From Minisyncoccota bacterium (GTDB lineage Bacteria > Patescibacteriota > Minisyncoccia > Phycocordibacterales > UBA2135): a stretch of 64,000 nt of DNA. Location: contig JBBDJW010000012.1 of the NCBI GenBank assembly GCA_040879685.1, positions 14,233 through 78,232 on the forward strand, read 5' to 3'. Each line of letters starts with the position of its first letter. Position 1 is the first letter of the stretch. The translations under genes were made by a program, and so were the position numbers. This document shows positions 48,333 through 58,617 of this stretch, piece by piece. The notes beneath the pieces are model-generated. The model did no database searches and was not told the origin of the DNA. It saw only the letters and a list, made by a program, of their open reading frames with translations.

Positions 48333-49862
48333 ATGAGCCTCAAACTTATTTTGTTCTTGCTCGGATTCGCAGGCCTTATCGGCATCGCCGTTGGTTACTT
48401 TCTGCGCTTCCTCATCGCTATGGGGAAGCGCGGTTCCATTGAGCTTCGTACCAGGCACATGGAACTTCAGGCACAAGAAAAGACAAAGAGAATTATTGAT
48501 GAAGCTGAAAAGAAAGCACTTGCGATAGAGAAAGAGGCAAAAGAAAAAGCGAAAGAGCAAGAAACAAAAATTCAAAAGAAGGAAGATCGTCTCATTAAAA
48601 AAGAAGAACTTCTTGACACAAGACAGCTAGATCTTGGTAAAGAAGAAGAGACACTCAAAAGCAAAATAGAAGAGGTGCGCGCCATAAAAGAGCGCACAGA
48701 AAACTTAGAAGAGGAAAAAAAGAAGCTACTTGAAAAAGTGGCGGAACTTTCTCTTTCCGATGCGCGTGATGCGCTTATGAAGCAAGCAGAGAAGGATTAT
48801 GAAGAGGATGTGCTCGTACGCCTTCAAAAGCTTGAGCAAACAGGAAAAGAAAAAATTGAACGTCGCGCGAAAGAAATTTTAACAACAGCAATTCATCGGC
48901 TCGGCAATGCGGTCTCTTCAGATGTTTTGGCAACGTCGGTTACCATTCCTAACGACGAGATAAAAGGAAAAATTATTGGAAAGGAAGGGCGGAATATCCG
49001 TGCTTTTGAGCGCTCTGCCGGTGTTGAACTTATTGTTGACGACACGCCGGGTGCGGTTCTTATCTCTGCCTTTGATCCCGTGCGCAGGCAGATCGCTCGT
49101 ATGGCACTTGAAAATTTAATTATGGACGGGAGAATTCAGCCGGCGCGCATTGAAGAAGAGGTGATAAAGGCAAAAGAAGAGATAAGTAAAATCATTAGAG
49201 AAAAAGGAGAGCAGGCTGTATATGAGTGCGGCATTTTGCATCTTGATCCGCGACTTGTTTCTATCTTGGGAAGACTCTACTTTAGAACGAGCTATGGGCA
49301 AAATGTTCTTCAACATTCAATTGAAATGACTCACATCTCGGGAATCTTAGCAGAAGAACTGGGGGCTGATGTCGCGGTTGCAAAAGCGGGAGCGCTCCTG
49401 CACGATATCGGAAAGACAGTAAGCCATGAGGTGCAGGGCACTCATGTTGAGATTGGACGCAGAATTTTGCAGAAATTTAATGTTGACGAGAAAATTATTC
49501 AGGCGATGCAGTCGCATCACGAGGAGTATCCCTATGAGACGGTTGAATCAGTTATTGTGCAGGTAGCAGATGCGATTTCAGGGGGTCGGCCCGGCGCGCG
49601 TCGTGATAGTGTAGAGAACTATCTAAAACGTCTTGAGGACCTGGAAAGCATTGCAAATTCATTTGAGGGAGTTGAGAAATCATATGCTATCTCTGCCGGG
49701 CGCGAAGTGAGAATTTTTGTTACTCCCGAGAAGATTTCTGATTTTGAGGCGCGAAAAATTGCACAGGGAATCGCACGGAGAATAGAGAAAGAGCTTAAAT
49801 ACCCCGGAGAAATCAAAATCGCGGTCATTAGGGAGTCTCGTGTCATTGAATACGCACGATAA
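48333..49862 (+). CDS. rny: Ribonuclease Y
   Basis: N-terminal TM helix, coiled coil, KH domain (KGKIIGKEGRNIR), HD domain (LLHDIGK), RPGAR. Confidence 0.96.
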   Translation: MSLKLILFLLGFAGLIGIAVGYFLRFLIAMGKRGSIELRTRHMELQAQEKTKRIIDEAEKKALAIEKEAKEKAKEQETKIQKKEDRLIKKEELLDTRQLDLGKEEETLKSKIEEVRAIKERTENLEEEKKKLLEKVAELSLSDARDALMKQAEKDYEEDVLVRLQKLEQTGKEKIERRAKEILTTAIHRLGNAVSSDVLATSVTIPNDEIKGKIIGKEGRNIRAFERSAGVELIVDDTPGAVLISAFDPVRRQIARMALENLIMDGRIQPARIEEEVIKAKEEISKIIREKGEQAVYECGILHLDPRLVSILGRLYFRTSYGQNVLQHSIEMTHISGILAEELGADVAVAKAGALLHDIGKTVSHEVQGTHVEIGRRILQKFNVDEKIIQAMQSHHEEYPYETVESVIVQVADAISGGRPGARRDSVENYLKRLEDLESIANSFEGVEKSYAISAGREVRIFVTPEKISDFEARKIAQGIARRIEKELKYPGEIKIAVIRESRVIEYAR

Positions 49863-49926
49863 GCTAGATACCAGATCCTAGTCTCTAGACTCCAGCCTCC
49901 ATTTTTAGCTCCTAGAGCAGGGCTTG

Positions 49927-49995
49927 CCCCCACGCTGAAATATATGATGCGCCGGAGGCGCGTTTGTTAAAAACTCATATACTTCAGCGTGGGGG
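49927..49995. repeat. About 70-bp palindromic (REP/MITE-like) element, copy 2
   Basis: Inverted homolog of 36164-36230; flanked by GGCTTGC direct repeats. Confidence 0.85.
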
Positions 49996-50116
49996 CTTGC
50001 GCGCTTATCTATCCCTAGTATAATAGCCACATAGAGGTTATATCCTTTATTAATTTATAAGAAAGTTCCCCTGCCTCCTGATGAGTAATTTTTCAAGGGC
50101 AGGACAATATACATAT

Positions 50117-50398
50117 ATGAACAAAAATAAAGCAGCTCTCGTTGATATTGTTAACGAGACGATGGGTGGCACAAAGGCAGATGCTGAACGAGCAGTAGAC
50201 GCTCTTTTTGGCGCAGTTGTTGACACCTTGAAGAGCGGTGGTGAGGTTTCTGTAGCGGGATTTGGCGTTTTTTCGGCCAAGGAACGCGCAGCACGAACTG
50301 CACGCAATCCACGAACAGGCGAGCCAATTCAAGTGCCTGCCATGCGGGTACCTAAGTTTAGAGCAGCAAAGGCGCTCAAGGACGCAGTAAAACAGTAA
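50117..50398 (+). CDS. hup: DNA-binding protein HU
   Basis: GFGVF, RTARNPRTGE, PKFRAAKALKDAV. Confidence 0.96.
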   Translation: MNKNKAALVDIVNETMGGTKADAERAVDALFGAVVDTLKSGGEVSVAGFGVFSAKERAARTARNPRTGEPIQVPAMRVPKFRAAKALKDAVKQ

Positions 50399-50434
50399 GG
50401 ATTTATCCTTTTTCTCGGTTTGTACCAAAGTAGT

Positions 50435-50487
50435 ACAGCCAATAAAACAAAACCCCCTTTAAAAGGGGGTTTTGTTTTATTGGCTGT
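50435..50487. terminator. Bidirectional terminator
   Basis: ACAGCCAATAAAACAAAACCCCCTTT/AAAGGGGGTTTTGTTTTATTGGCTGT between convergent genes. Confidence 0.8.
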
Positions 50488-50512
50488 TGGTTCAGTGCAA
50501 GAGATTTAAAAG

Positions 50513-50857
50513 TTAAAGCCCAAGCTCTGATTCAATTGCTTCAAGATCGGCGTCAAGGTTGTCTAAATTAGTTGTATCAAGGTCTTCCTCAATGTCGCCC
50601 ACCTTATCGGAAGTTCCTTGTGCTTGCAACTCATCAATTACTCCATCGTTATCTGGAGAAAGGCTTTCCAATGATGAGGACTGCTCACTCCAAAGATAAA
50701 GACCTCCGGCGACAAGTATAATGATAATAATCACAATGCCAATAAGTGGGCCAAATGATTTGTGTCCACTCTCATCACCGTCAGGCATACCAGACATCTC
50801 TCTTTGTGCAGTTTCGGTATTTTCTAGGGGAGCTCCCATATTTTCTTTGTTGTTCAT
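50513..50857 (-). CDS. Small single-pass membrane protein with acidic C-terminus
   Basis: GPLIGIVIIIIILVAGGLYLW TM helix; TSD....IE.DL motif. Confidence 0.7.
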   Translation of the reverse strand: MNNKENMGAPLENTETAQREMSGMPDGDESGHKSFGPLIGIVIIIIILVAGGLYLWSEQSSSLESLSPDNDGVIDELQAQGTSDKVGDIEEDLDTTNLDNLDADLEAIESELGL

Positions 50858-50885
50858 AGATTTTTTAGATTAAATTAGTAATGAG

Positions 50886-51614
50886 TTACTCAGTGCTATT
50901 TTCATTTTCTTCTTCATCATCACCTTCATTACCTTCATCTTCTTCTGATGCAGCGTCCTTGAGTTCCACAACTGCCTCTACTAATGCTCTGTGTGCGGTT
51001 CGTATTTTCTCTACTGCTCCTTTCACTGCCTCACGAAGGCTCGCAAGGGCATCAGCAGGCGTTTCACCCGCTCGCAGACTCTCACTTATTGTCGTTACCA
51101 AAATAGGGATATCAGCAACGGCGTTTTTTGCATCAATGATTGTATCTCCTGCAGTAGTAAGAAGATTTCGAACAGACTGCATATCAACTCCTCTTTCTTC
51201 AAACTTCTCTACCCGAGAGAGAATTCTTTCCGAAAGAATCTGAAGCCTTTCGGTAGCTGCTCCGAGACGGCTTCCCATTCTTAAAATAAGCGCTTCAATG
51301 CGCAAAATGCGCCCTTCAAGTGCTTGTGCTCTTTTCTCTTGTGCTTGAGTTTGTTGCTGGGCAGCTTTTTCTTCTGCTGCCACTCTCCTCTCCTCAGCCT
51401 CGCCTTGTACACGTGTTGTCGCTTCTTGTGTTTCTACCGTCGCTTCACGTCGTTTTTCAACGTCTTCTTTTTCAAGAAGCGTGTCACGTTTTTCATTTAA
51501 TCGTTCTTGAAGCGTTGGTCTTTCTGCTGTAGTGCGCTCTTGTGCAAGCGCAAACCCCGTGCTTGCCATAAGTGCAAAAATAGCAAGAGGAATTATAAAT
51601 GTTATGTTTTTCAT
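50886..51614 (-). CDS. Secreted coiled-coil protein
   Basis: Signal peptide ending ALA; E/R/A-rich helices. Confidence 0.7.
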   Translation of the reverse strand: MKNITFIIPLAIFALMASTGFALAQERTTAERPTLQERLNEKRDTLLEKEDVEKRREATVETQEATTRVQGEAEERRVAAEEKAAQQQTQAQEKRAQALEGRILRIEALILRMGSRLGAATERLQILSERILSRVEKFEERGVDMQSVRNLLTTAGDTIIDAKNAVADIPILVTTISESLRAGETPADALASLREAVKGAVEKIRTAHRALVEAVVELKDAASEEDEGNEGDDEEENENSTE

Positions 51615-51945
51615 AAGATTGTAATGTTTTTAATTATAAAAGATTAATACTACACATTTTATTTTATGGTGGGATGTCAAAGTTCTTTGTGGCAGACCTC
51701 TTTTTACCACTACCGTACTTACGCTTTATTCTACCTAAAAAGCCTTTATAAAGCCACTATGTTGAAAAGTATCTATAAAAAATTGACAAATAGATAAAAA
51801 TTTGTCGTAATACTGCTAAATTTATCTCTACACCTTTCATTAACCAACAAACATGTGAGAGGTTGAGTTAGCCTAAGTGAAGTCACCGGCTCAAAACCAA
51901 AAAATTACCAACCTCTTTTAAGAGCAAGGCGTTTTTTTTATTTTT

Positions 51946-52470
51946 TTACCCCCCATACTTTTCTTTGTAGAGTGCGAATGATTTTTCAATTGCCTCAAAT
52001 GCCTTTTCTTTCGGTAGCCACTTTCCCACCGTAACTTCTTTTTCTTGCAGGTCTTTATATACCTTAAAGAAGTGTTGAATTTCCAAAAGTAAGTGTGACT
52101 CAACCTCTGTAAGGTCGTAGATAGAAGAAAAACGAGGGTCTTCAACGGGGATAGTCAGGATTTTAATATCATCTTCGCCGGCATCGTTCATTTCAAGGGC
52201 CCCGACAGGGCGTGCCTCCACGAGACTCCCCGGGATAAGTGGCTCATGCGCAACAACCAAAATATCAAGCGGGTCGCCATCGTCCCATAAAGTTTGAGGG
52301 ACAAAACCATAATTTGTCGGATAGTGCATCGGCGAGTAGAGAACACGGTCAAATTTTATAAGTCCCGTTTCTTTATCAAGTTCATATTTCACACGGGAAA
52401 GCTTAGGAATCTCAACGATAACATTGAGCCTTTCTTTTTCTCCGTGCGGTATATCGTGCCAGTGATTCAT
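51946..52470 (-). CDS. ppa: Inorganic pyrophosphatase
   Basis: KYELDK, YP.NYGF.P.T..DDGDPLD, FF..YKDL. Confidence 0.96.
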   Translation of the reverse strand: MNHWHDIPHGEKERLNVIVEIPKLSRVKYELDKETGLIKFDRVLYSPMHYPTNYGFVPQTLWDDGDPLDILVVAHEPLIPGSLVEARPVGALEMNDAGEDDIKILTIPVEDPRFSSIYDLTEVESHLLLEIQHFFKVYKDLQEKEVTVGKWLPKEKAFEAIEKSFALYKEKYGG

Positions 52471-52513
52471 AGTGCGAGTAAGTGGTTAGTAGTAAGTAGT
52501 TGATAGTTCTCTT

Positions 52514-53869
52514 TTATTTTATCTCAGTTTCTTTTTCCTGCCCAGACGCCTCCTCCCTTACTTCGCTGGAGTCTTCTACGGAGGTAGTCTTATCTTCCGG
52601 GCTCTCAGGGAGAGATTCTTTCTCTTTAAGAATCTCTTCAGGTTTTTCGGCACTCGGAATTTCTTTTTCCTCTTCTTCGGGAGTTTGTGTTATTCCTTCA
52701 CCACTTTCAACTTCTCGAATATCAATCTTCCATCCTGTAAGTTTTGCCGCAAGACGCGCGTTTTGCCCGCCCTTACCAATTGCGAGTGAGTATTGATCTT
52801 CGTGCACTCTAAGGGTCGCACTATGCTCTTCTTTATTGAGGATAACCTCAACAACTTGCCCTGGTGAGATGGCGCGTTCAATAAAGAGTGCTTCATCAGA
52901 AGACCATTCAATAACATCAATTTTCTCGCCCCCTAACTCGCTCATAATGGTTCCGATACGGACACCTCGTCCACCAACACATGAGCCAACAGGGTCAATG
53001 TGTTCATCGTTTGAGCACACGGCAATTTTAGAGCGAGATCCTGCCTCGCGCGCGATTGTTTTCACCTCTACTGTTCCGTTTGCAATTTCCGGTACCTCTA
53101 TTTCAAAGAGTTTAAAGAGGAACTGTGAATGTGAACGGGAAAGCTTAAGGGTAATGTCACGAGCCGTTTCATCTACGGTGTAGAGATAAGCGCGAATACG
53201 GTCTCCCGACTTAAAATATTCTCCGGGGATTTGCTCGTTGCGTGGCAACACCCCAATGACACGGCCGAGGTCTACATAAATGTTGCCTCGTTCAATTCTT
53301 TGCACCGTTCCGCTTACAATTTCTCCACGGCGTTTCTCAAACTCATTCATCACAGAAATCCGCTCTGCCTCGCGGATTCTTTGTATGATAACTTGCTTTG
53401 CTGTCTGTGCGGCAATTCTTCCGTAGTCACTTCGCATCTCAAGAGGAAAGACGAGCTCTTCTTCAAGTTGTGCGTCTTTCTTTATCATCTTCGCATCTTC
53501 AAGAAGAATGTGTTGCTCAGGGTTAAAACGGATGTGCGTTTCCTCTTCTTTCTCTTCGGGAGAATCCTCCTCATTATCAGTACGAGTAGCTTCGGGATTT
53601 TTTGCTTCTTGTGCTTCGGTTACTTCTTCATCAACCTCTTCTTCCACTCTCACCATAGATTCGTCCACCACGGTTTTAATTTGGTTAAACTCAACCTTAC
53701 CGCTGTTCAAATCAAAAGAAGCGCGAACTACTTGTCCCCTTTTTCCATAATCTTTTTTATACGCAGCAGCCAAAGCATCCTCAATTGCCTCAAGAATTTT
53801 TTCTTGCGGGATACCGCGCTCTGTCTCAAGCTGTAATAATGCAGACTTTAGTGTTTTTAAATCAAACAT
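52514..53869 (-). CDS. nusA: Transcription termination factor NusA
   Basis: GRIAAQTAKQ, AREAG.RSK, AIGKGGQNARLAAKLTGWKIDI. Confidence 0.97.
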   Translation of the reverse strand: MFDLKTLKSALLQLETERGIPQEKILEAIEDALAAAYKKDYGKRGQVVRASFDLNSGKVEFNQIKTVVDESMVRVEEEVDEEVTEAQEAKNPEATRTDNEEDSPEEKEEETHIRFNPEQHILLEDAKMIKKDAQLEEELVFPLEMRSDYGRIAAQTAKQVIIQRIREAERISVMNEFEKRRGEIVSGTVQRIERGNIYVDLGRVIGVLPRNEQIPGEYFKSGDRIRAYLYTVDETARDITLKLSRSHSQFLFKLFEIEVPEIANGTVEVKTIAREAGSRSKIAVCSNDEHIDPVGSCVGGRGVRIGTIMSELGGEKIDVIEWSSDEALFIERAISPGQVVEVILNKEEHSATLRVHEDQYSLAIGKGGQNARLAAKLTGWKIDIREVESGEGITQTPEEEEKEIPSAEKPEEILKEKESLPESPEDKTTSVEDSSEVREEASGQEKETEIK

Positions 53870-54117
53870 AGCAAAGTTTTTGGAATGTTAATGGGTAAAA
53901 AAATAAGCCCGTTTAAAACGGACCATTACTACCTCTTTGTTCAATTACAATAAAATTATTCTAGCAAATGAACGGGGTATGTCAACCCCTCACCTAGAAA
54001 GCGTGTTGCAAGAGACTCCACTATTACTGAGAGAGGAATGCAATAAAGTATCTCTATAGAAACAAACGCTTTTCTTTGATAAACTAATATGAAAGAAAAC
54101 TTTTTCACTAGCATTTT

Positions 54118-55854
54118 GTGTATTTAGATGAAGAACAACTAAAAACCTTTCTTCTTCGTGCCGGGCTTGCTGGCCGTGAGCTTCTTGAAGAAGCCCATCA
54201 AGAGGCTCGGAGAAAACGGACTGCTTTTCATGAAGAGCTTATGGGAAGCGAGCATCTCTCTGAAGAGAGTGTAAAAAAAGCATGTGCGCATGTGCTTGGG
54301 ATTCCTTATGTTTGTATTCGTGAAGAGGAGTTAGACCCCGAAGTTCTTATGATTATTCCAGAGCCTCTTTCAAGAAGACATAATGCATGTGCGTTTAAGC
54401 GTGACGACACAACTCTCTTTGTCGCATTTTTGGACATTGAGGATTTAAAGAAACTTTCCTTTCTTTCTCAAAAAACAGGACTTATTATTCGCCCCTCTCT
54501 CACTGATAGCGCTTCACTGCGCAAAGCGCTTTTACTTCATCAAAAACATCTCACGCAGACGTTTGGTGGGAAAATACGAACCAGCGTCAAAGCCCTCCCT
54601 TCTTACAAACAAGAAAAGGACGATGAAGAGGTGAGTACTCTTGCCCTTTTTGCGCAAGATGAGGCTACGGAAAACCTCCTCTCTCTTTTAATTGAACATG
54701 CTCGACTTTTCCACGCAACTGATATTCACATTGAGCCACTCGAAAAATCACTACGAGTTCGCTATCGCATTCTCGGGGCACTCTACAGCGCAATGGAGCT
54801 TCCAGAGTTGGGCAGTACCTTGTTAGTCGCTCGTGCGAAGTTTTTGTGCGGGCTTTCTCTTTCAAACACAAAGACACCACAAGAGGGGCGCTGTTCGCTT
54901 ACGTTTTCTCTTGAAAAAGTATCATTGCGTATATCTACAATGCCCACGCGCCTTGGAGAAAAGATGATTATTCGTATTTTAGAAGAAGGGATGAAAGGTT
55001 TTACCTTTTCGGGGTTAGGTTTTGTGGGGGAGAATTTGGCGCTTGCCCATGAGCTTGTGGAGAAGAAAGAAGGACTTGTTCTTATCACGGGGCCAGCGCA
55101 AAGTGGAAAGACGACGCTTCTCTATACTATATTAGACACTCTTAACTCGGGGAAACTCGCTCTCTCTTCTGTTGAAGACCCCATTGAATACCAACTTCCT
55201 TACGTCAATCAAACACAAGTTAATGTCAAAGAAGGACTTACCTTTTCGCGGGCGTTTCGTGGTGTACTGCGTCAGGACCCTGATGTGGTGGCACTCTCAG
55301 AAATTCAAGGGAGTGAGATTCTTTCCCTCTCGGCACAAGCCGCATTAAATGGGAAACGTGTTTTTGCGACAATCCATACCAACAAACAAAGGGGAGAAGT
55401 TCCCTTACTTCTCGAGAAGGGGGGCAACTCTCCCACACTTTCTTCTGCGCTCTCGGGGATTATCACCTGCCGTCTCATGAGGAGGCTCTCCGAGAACACA
55501 AAAAGAGTAAAACTTACAAAAAAAGAATTCTCACTTCTTAAAGAAAAGGTAAACACTCGCAAACTCTTACGGATATTGCGCGAAGAGGGAATTATCGGGG
55601 AGAATGAAACATGGCGCGATATTCATGTTTCTATTCCGGAGGGAGATGGCGACTATGATGGAGTCGTAGGCGTCTATAGTGTGCTTATGGTTACGCAGGC
55701 AGTAAAAGATTTGCTCGCAAAAGATGCAACTCCTTTAAAAATAGAAGAAGAAGCAATCCGCCACGGCGCACCCTCTCTTTTAGAGGACGGCATCATTAAG
55801 GCGGTGGAGGGTAAGACGAGTTTGGATGAGGTCTTTCGTGTATGTATGTCATAG
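54118..55854 (+). CDS. Degenerate GspE/PilB family ATPase paralog
   Basis: TDIHIEP, GPAQSGKTT, EDPIEY and LRQDPDV are present, but SEIQG replaces GEIRD and the Zn cysteines are missing. Confidence 0.85.
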   Translation: MYLDEEQLKTFLLRAGLAGRELLEEAHQEARRKRTAFHEELMGSEHLSEESVKKACAHVLGIPYVCIREEELDPEVLMIIPEPLSRRHNACAFKRDDTTLFVAFLDIEDLKKLSFLSQKTGLIIRPSLTDSASLRKALLLHQKHLTQTFGGKIRTSVKALPSYKQEKDDEEVSTLALFAQDEATENLLSLLIEHARLFHATDIHIEPLEKSLRVRYRILGALYSAMELPELGSTLLVARAKFLCGLSLSNTKTPQEGRCSLTFSLEKVSLRISTMPTRLGEKMIIRILEEGMKGFTFSGLGFVGENLALAHELVEKKEGLVLITGPAQSGKTTLLYTILDTLNSGKLALSSVEDPIEYQLPYVNQTQVNVKEGLTFSRAFRGVLRQDPDVVALSEIQGSEILSLSAQAALNGKRVFATIHTNKQRGEVPLLLEKGGNSPTLSSALSGIITCRLMRRLSENTKRVKLTKKEFSLLKEKVNTRKLLRILREEGIIGENETWRDIHVSIPEGDGDYDGVVGVYSVLMVTQAVKDLLAKDATPLKIEEEAIRHGAPSLLEDGIIKAVEGKTSLDEVFRVCMS

Positions 55855-55884
55855 TATGGCGCGCGGTGCTATACTCAAACAATT

Positions 55885-56658
55885 ATGAAGAAAAGAAAAC
55901 TCACCATTATCGCTAATTGGAAAGCAAACCCCGATACCCTCGGCAATGCACGAACACTATTTCGTAGTATAAAAATTGCTGTAAAGAAACTTGTTGGCGT
56001 TGAAGTTTTTGTGTGCCCCCCTTTTGTGTATCTTCACGAGCTTTCTAAAATTTCTAAAACACACAAGCTCTCTCTAGGGGCGCAAGGGGTCTCTCTTTTT
56101 GAGGGGGGAGCGCATACGGGAGAAATTTCTCCTGCGATGCTCTCTTCGGCAGGGGTCTCGGTTATCCTCATTGGGCATTCCGAGCAAAGAGAACAGGGAG
56201 AAAGTGATAAAAACATAAATGAGAAGATAAAACTTGCCCTGAAATATGGATTTCGGGTCGTCTTGTGTGTTGGTGAAAAGGTGCGAGATAGGGATGGAGA
56301 GTATTTCAGGGTGGTAAAAGAGCAACTTCAGAAAGATCTTAAGGGCGTTGCGCGGGGGAGGGTGGAGAATATTATGATTGCCTACGAACCCATCTGGGCA
56401 ATTGGTGCGCACGCAAAGCATGCTGATACTCCGGAGAATTTTGTTGAGATGTCTATCTTTATTCGCAAAGTTTTAAACGAGCTTTATAGTAAACAACATG
56501 CCTTAGGTGCGACTATTCTCTATGGTGGTTCAGTGAATGATAAAAACGCGGAAAGCTTCTTGTTGTGTCGCGAGACACAAGGTTTTCTTATAGGGAGAGC
56601 GAGCCTTGATGGCGGAAAATTTAAAGAGATTCTAACGCTTGCACATATACTGCGATAA
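55885..56658 (+). CDS. tpiA: Triosephosphate isomerase
   Basis: ANWK, IGHSE, AYEPIWAIG, YGGSV, G.ASL. Confidence 0.96.
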   Translation: MKKRKLTIIANWKANPDTLGNARTLFRSIKIAVKKLVGVEVFVCPPFVYLHELSKISKTHKLSLGAQGVSLFEGGAHTGEISPAMLSSAGVSVILIGHSEQREQGESDKNINEKIKLALKYGFRVVLCVGEKVRDRDGEYFRVVKEQLQKDLKGVARGRVENIMIAYEPIWAIGAHAKHADTPENFVEMSIFIRKVLNELYSKQHALGATILYGGSVNDKNAESFLLCRETQGFLIGRASLDGGKFKEILTLAHILR

Positions 56659-56660
56659 GT

Positions 56661-57779
56661 ATGTTTGAGAGGATAGATCGTATAAAAGATTTGAGAGGTA
56701 AAAAGGTGCTCGTTCGCTCTGATTTTAATGAGGTGATAAAAAAGGGCAAGCTTGCCTCCGATTTCAAAATTAAAAAAACATTTTCCACCATTTCTTTTTT
56801 AAGAGAAGCAGAGGCAAGTGTTATTTTGTTAAGCCACCATTCAACAAAAAGGCAAAGCTTACGAGTCGTTGCAGACTATCTGGGGGAACATTTTCCTATC
56901 ACATTTATCGGCGATGTGTATGATGTTGAAGGAATAAACGCGGCATTGGAAGGAGGAAATATTGTCTTATGCGAGAATCTTCGCTTTTGGGATGGAGAGG
57001 AAAAGAATGATAAAGAGTTTGCAAAGCATCTCGCTTCTTTGGGGGATGTGTATGTCAACGATGCGTTTGGCGTCTCTCATCGGGAGCATGCATCAGTTGT
57101 TTCGCTTCCGCGTGAGGTGCGCTCTTGTATGGGGTTTTTACTTGAAGAGGAGATACAAAACCTCACTCCATTTCTCACTCCTCAAAAACCATCGCTTATG
57201 ATTTTAGGGGGAGCAAAGGCGAAGAATAAGCTGGAAAGTGTACCAAAACTCCTTTCATTGTTTGATGAGATATTCATTGGTGGTGTGCTCGCCAATCACT
57301 TTTTTAAAGAAAAGGGGTTATCCATAGGAGCATCTTTTTTAGACGAAGGGGTTCAGGTGGCGTCGCTTCTTAATAATCCTCATATATTTCTTCCGCAAGA
57401 TGTTGTTGTTTCTTCAAAAGAAGGGCCGCAGAAGCGTGGAGTTCATGAGATTTTAGAAGATGAGTGCATTTTGGATATTGGTGATGAAACACTCGCCCTT
57501 TTGAAATCAAAAATAGAACGCGCACAAAGTGTTCTTTGTGCCGGACCCTTAGGAACTTATGACAGACAGGGGTTTGAGAAAGGAACACGGGAGGTGTTTG
57601 AGATGGTGAGAAAAAGCGATGCCATTTCAGTCGCTGGCGGGGGTGATACCGCGCGGTTTATTATTGAGAACAATCTTGAAGAAGGGTTTACCTTTCTCTC
57701 AACAGGCGGTGGCGCGATGCTCGCTTTTCTTGCTCATGGGACACTTCCCGCACTAGAAGCACTTAAAAAAACCTCTTGA
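56661..57779 (+). CDS. pgk: Phosphoglycerate kinase
   Basis: VRSDFN, ENLRF, NDAFG..HR.HAS, GGAK, GGGDT, STGGGA. Confidence 0.96.
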   Translation: MFERIDRIKDLRGKKVLVRSDFNEVIKKGKLASDFKIKKTFSTISFLREAEASVILLSHHSTKRQSLRVVADYLGEHFPITFIGDVYDVEGINAALEGGNIVLCENLRFWDGEEKNDKEFAKHLASLGDVYVNDAFGVSHREHASVVSLPREVRSCMGFLLEEEIQNLTPFLTPQKPSLMILGGAKAKNKLESVPKLLSLFDEIFIGGVLANHFFKEKGLSIGASFLDEGVQVASLLNNPHIFLPQDVVVSSKEGPQKRGVHEILEDECILDIGDETLALLKSKIERAQSVLCAGPLGTYDRQGFEKGTREVFEMVRKSDAISVAGGGDTARFIIENNLEEGFTFLSTGGGAMLAFLAHGTLPALEALKKTS

Positions 57780-57816
57780 ATCACATTGAGTTACATTGAA
57801 TGATAAGGACTTTCTC

Positions 57817-57856
57817 TACAATACTCTCACATTCTCGAGAATGTGAGAGTATTGTA
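57817..57856. repeat. 40-bp perfect palindrome downstream of the HTH gene
   Basis: TACAATACTCTCACATTCTCGAGAATGTGAGAGTATTGTA. Confidence 0.9.
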
Positions 57857-57870
57857 ATTATTGTTTACGT

Positions 57871-58161
57871 TTACTTTTCTTTGGTGAATTTTTTTAGAAA
57901 AGTAACAAATAATTTTCCATAAGGAGAAAGGGTGTGCTCAACGCTTCTCCCTTTGTATTTTTTATCAAGAAGCCCCGCAGTAAGAAGTCTTTGAGTATGT
58001 CCTGAAATTGTTTTTTCGTTTGCGTTTAGTTTTTTAATGATTTCTTCAAGTGTAAGAGATGGATGTTTTTCAAGAAGTATGAGAACCTCCAAGCGCCAAT
58101 GATTTGCCGCGCCCTTGAAATATCTCTCCAACTTTTTCCCTTGTTTTATATTTTTCGCCAT
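57871..58161 (-). CDS. ArsR/MarR-like winged-helix protein
   Basis: FKG.AN..RL.VL.LL, LTLEEI, T.S.H...L..AGL. Confidence 0.85.
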   Translation of the reverse strand: MAKNIKQGKKLERYFKGAANHWRLEVLILLEKHPSLTLEEIIKKLNANEKTISGHTQRLLTAGLLDKKYKGRSVEHTLSPYGKLFVTFLKKFTKEK

Positions 58162-58174
58162 ACCAGTATCGTAC

Positions 58175-58214
58175 CATAATACTCTTATATTCTCGAGAAT
58201 ATAAGAGTATTATG
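58175..58214. repeat. 40-bp perfect palindrome upstream of the HTH gene
   Basis: CATAATACTCTTATATTCTCGAGAATATAAGAGTATTATG. Confidence 0.9.
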
Positions 58215-58617
58215 TAAGAGCGTGTTTAATTTTCTGCGCGACGTTATCTATCTCTCCGTCTTTATATACACCGAGTTTGTGTAGCGCCTCCTCATAGAAA
58301 GGAATGATATGAATATGTGAGTGAAAGACAAGTTGCCCCCCCGCGGGTTCATTATTCATCGTAATCTTTAACCCCGAAGCACCGAGCCCTTTTTTGATTG
58401 CTTGTGATATTTTTATTAAAGGCGATGCGAGTGAGGCAAGTGTCTTTTCATCTATATCAAAAATATTTCGCGTATGTTTTTTAGGAACAAGGAGTGTGTG
58501 CCCGTATGAATCAGGGTTGATATCAAGAAAGGCGTATGAATATTCGTCTTCATAGAGTTTTGTTGCAGGGATTTCTCCTGTGTGGATGATTTTGCAAAAA
58601 AGGCAATCTTTATCCAT
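58210..58617 (-). CDS. HIT family (Hint-type) nucleotide hydrolase
   Basis: DCLFCKI, AFLDINP, GHTLLVPK.H, HSHIHIIP. Confidence 0.93.
   Translation of the reverse strand: MDKDCLFCKIIHTGEIPATKLYEDEYSYAFLDINPDSYGHTLLVPKKHTRNIFDIDEKTLASLASPLIKISQAIKKGLGASGLKITMNNEPAGGQLVFHSHIHIIPFYEEALHKLGVYKDGEIDNVAQKIKHALT

Noticed and set aside
51783-51940. Orphan promoter plus sRNA or preQ1-like stem (AGAGGTTG...CAACCTCT)
   Set aside because: The -10 spacing is poor, the loop and 3' tail do not fit preQ1, and there is no downstream gene on that strand. Too weak to call.
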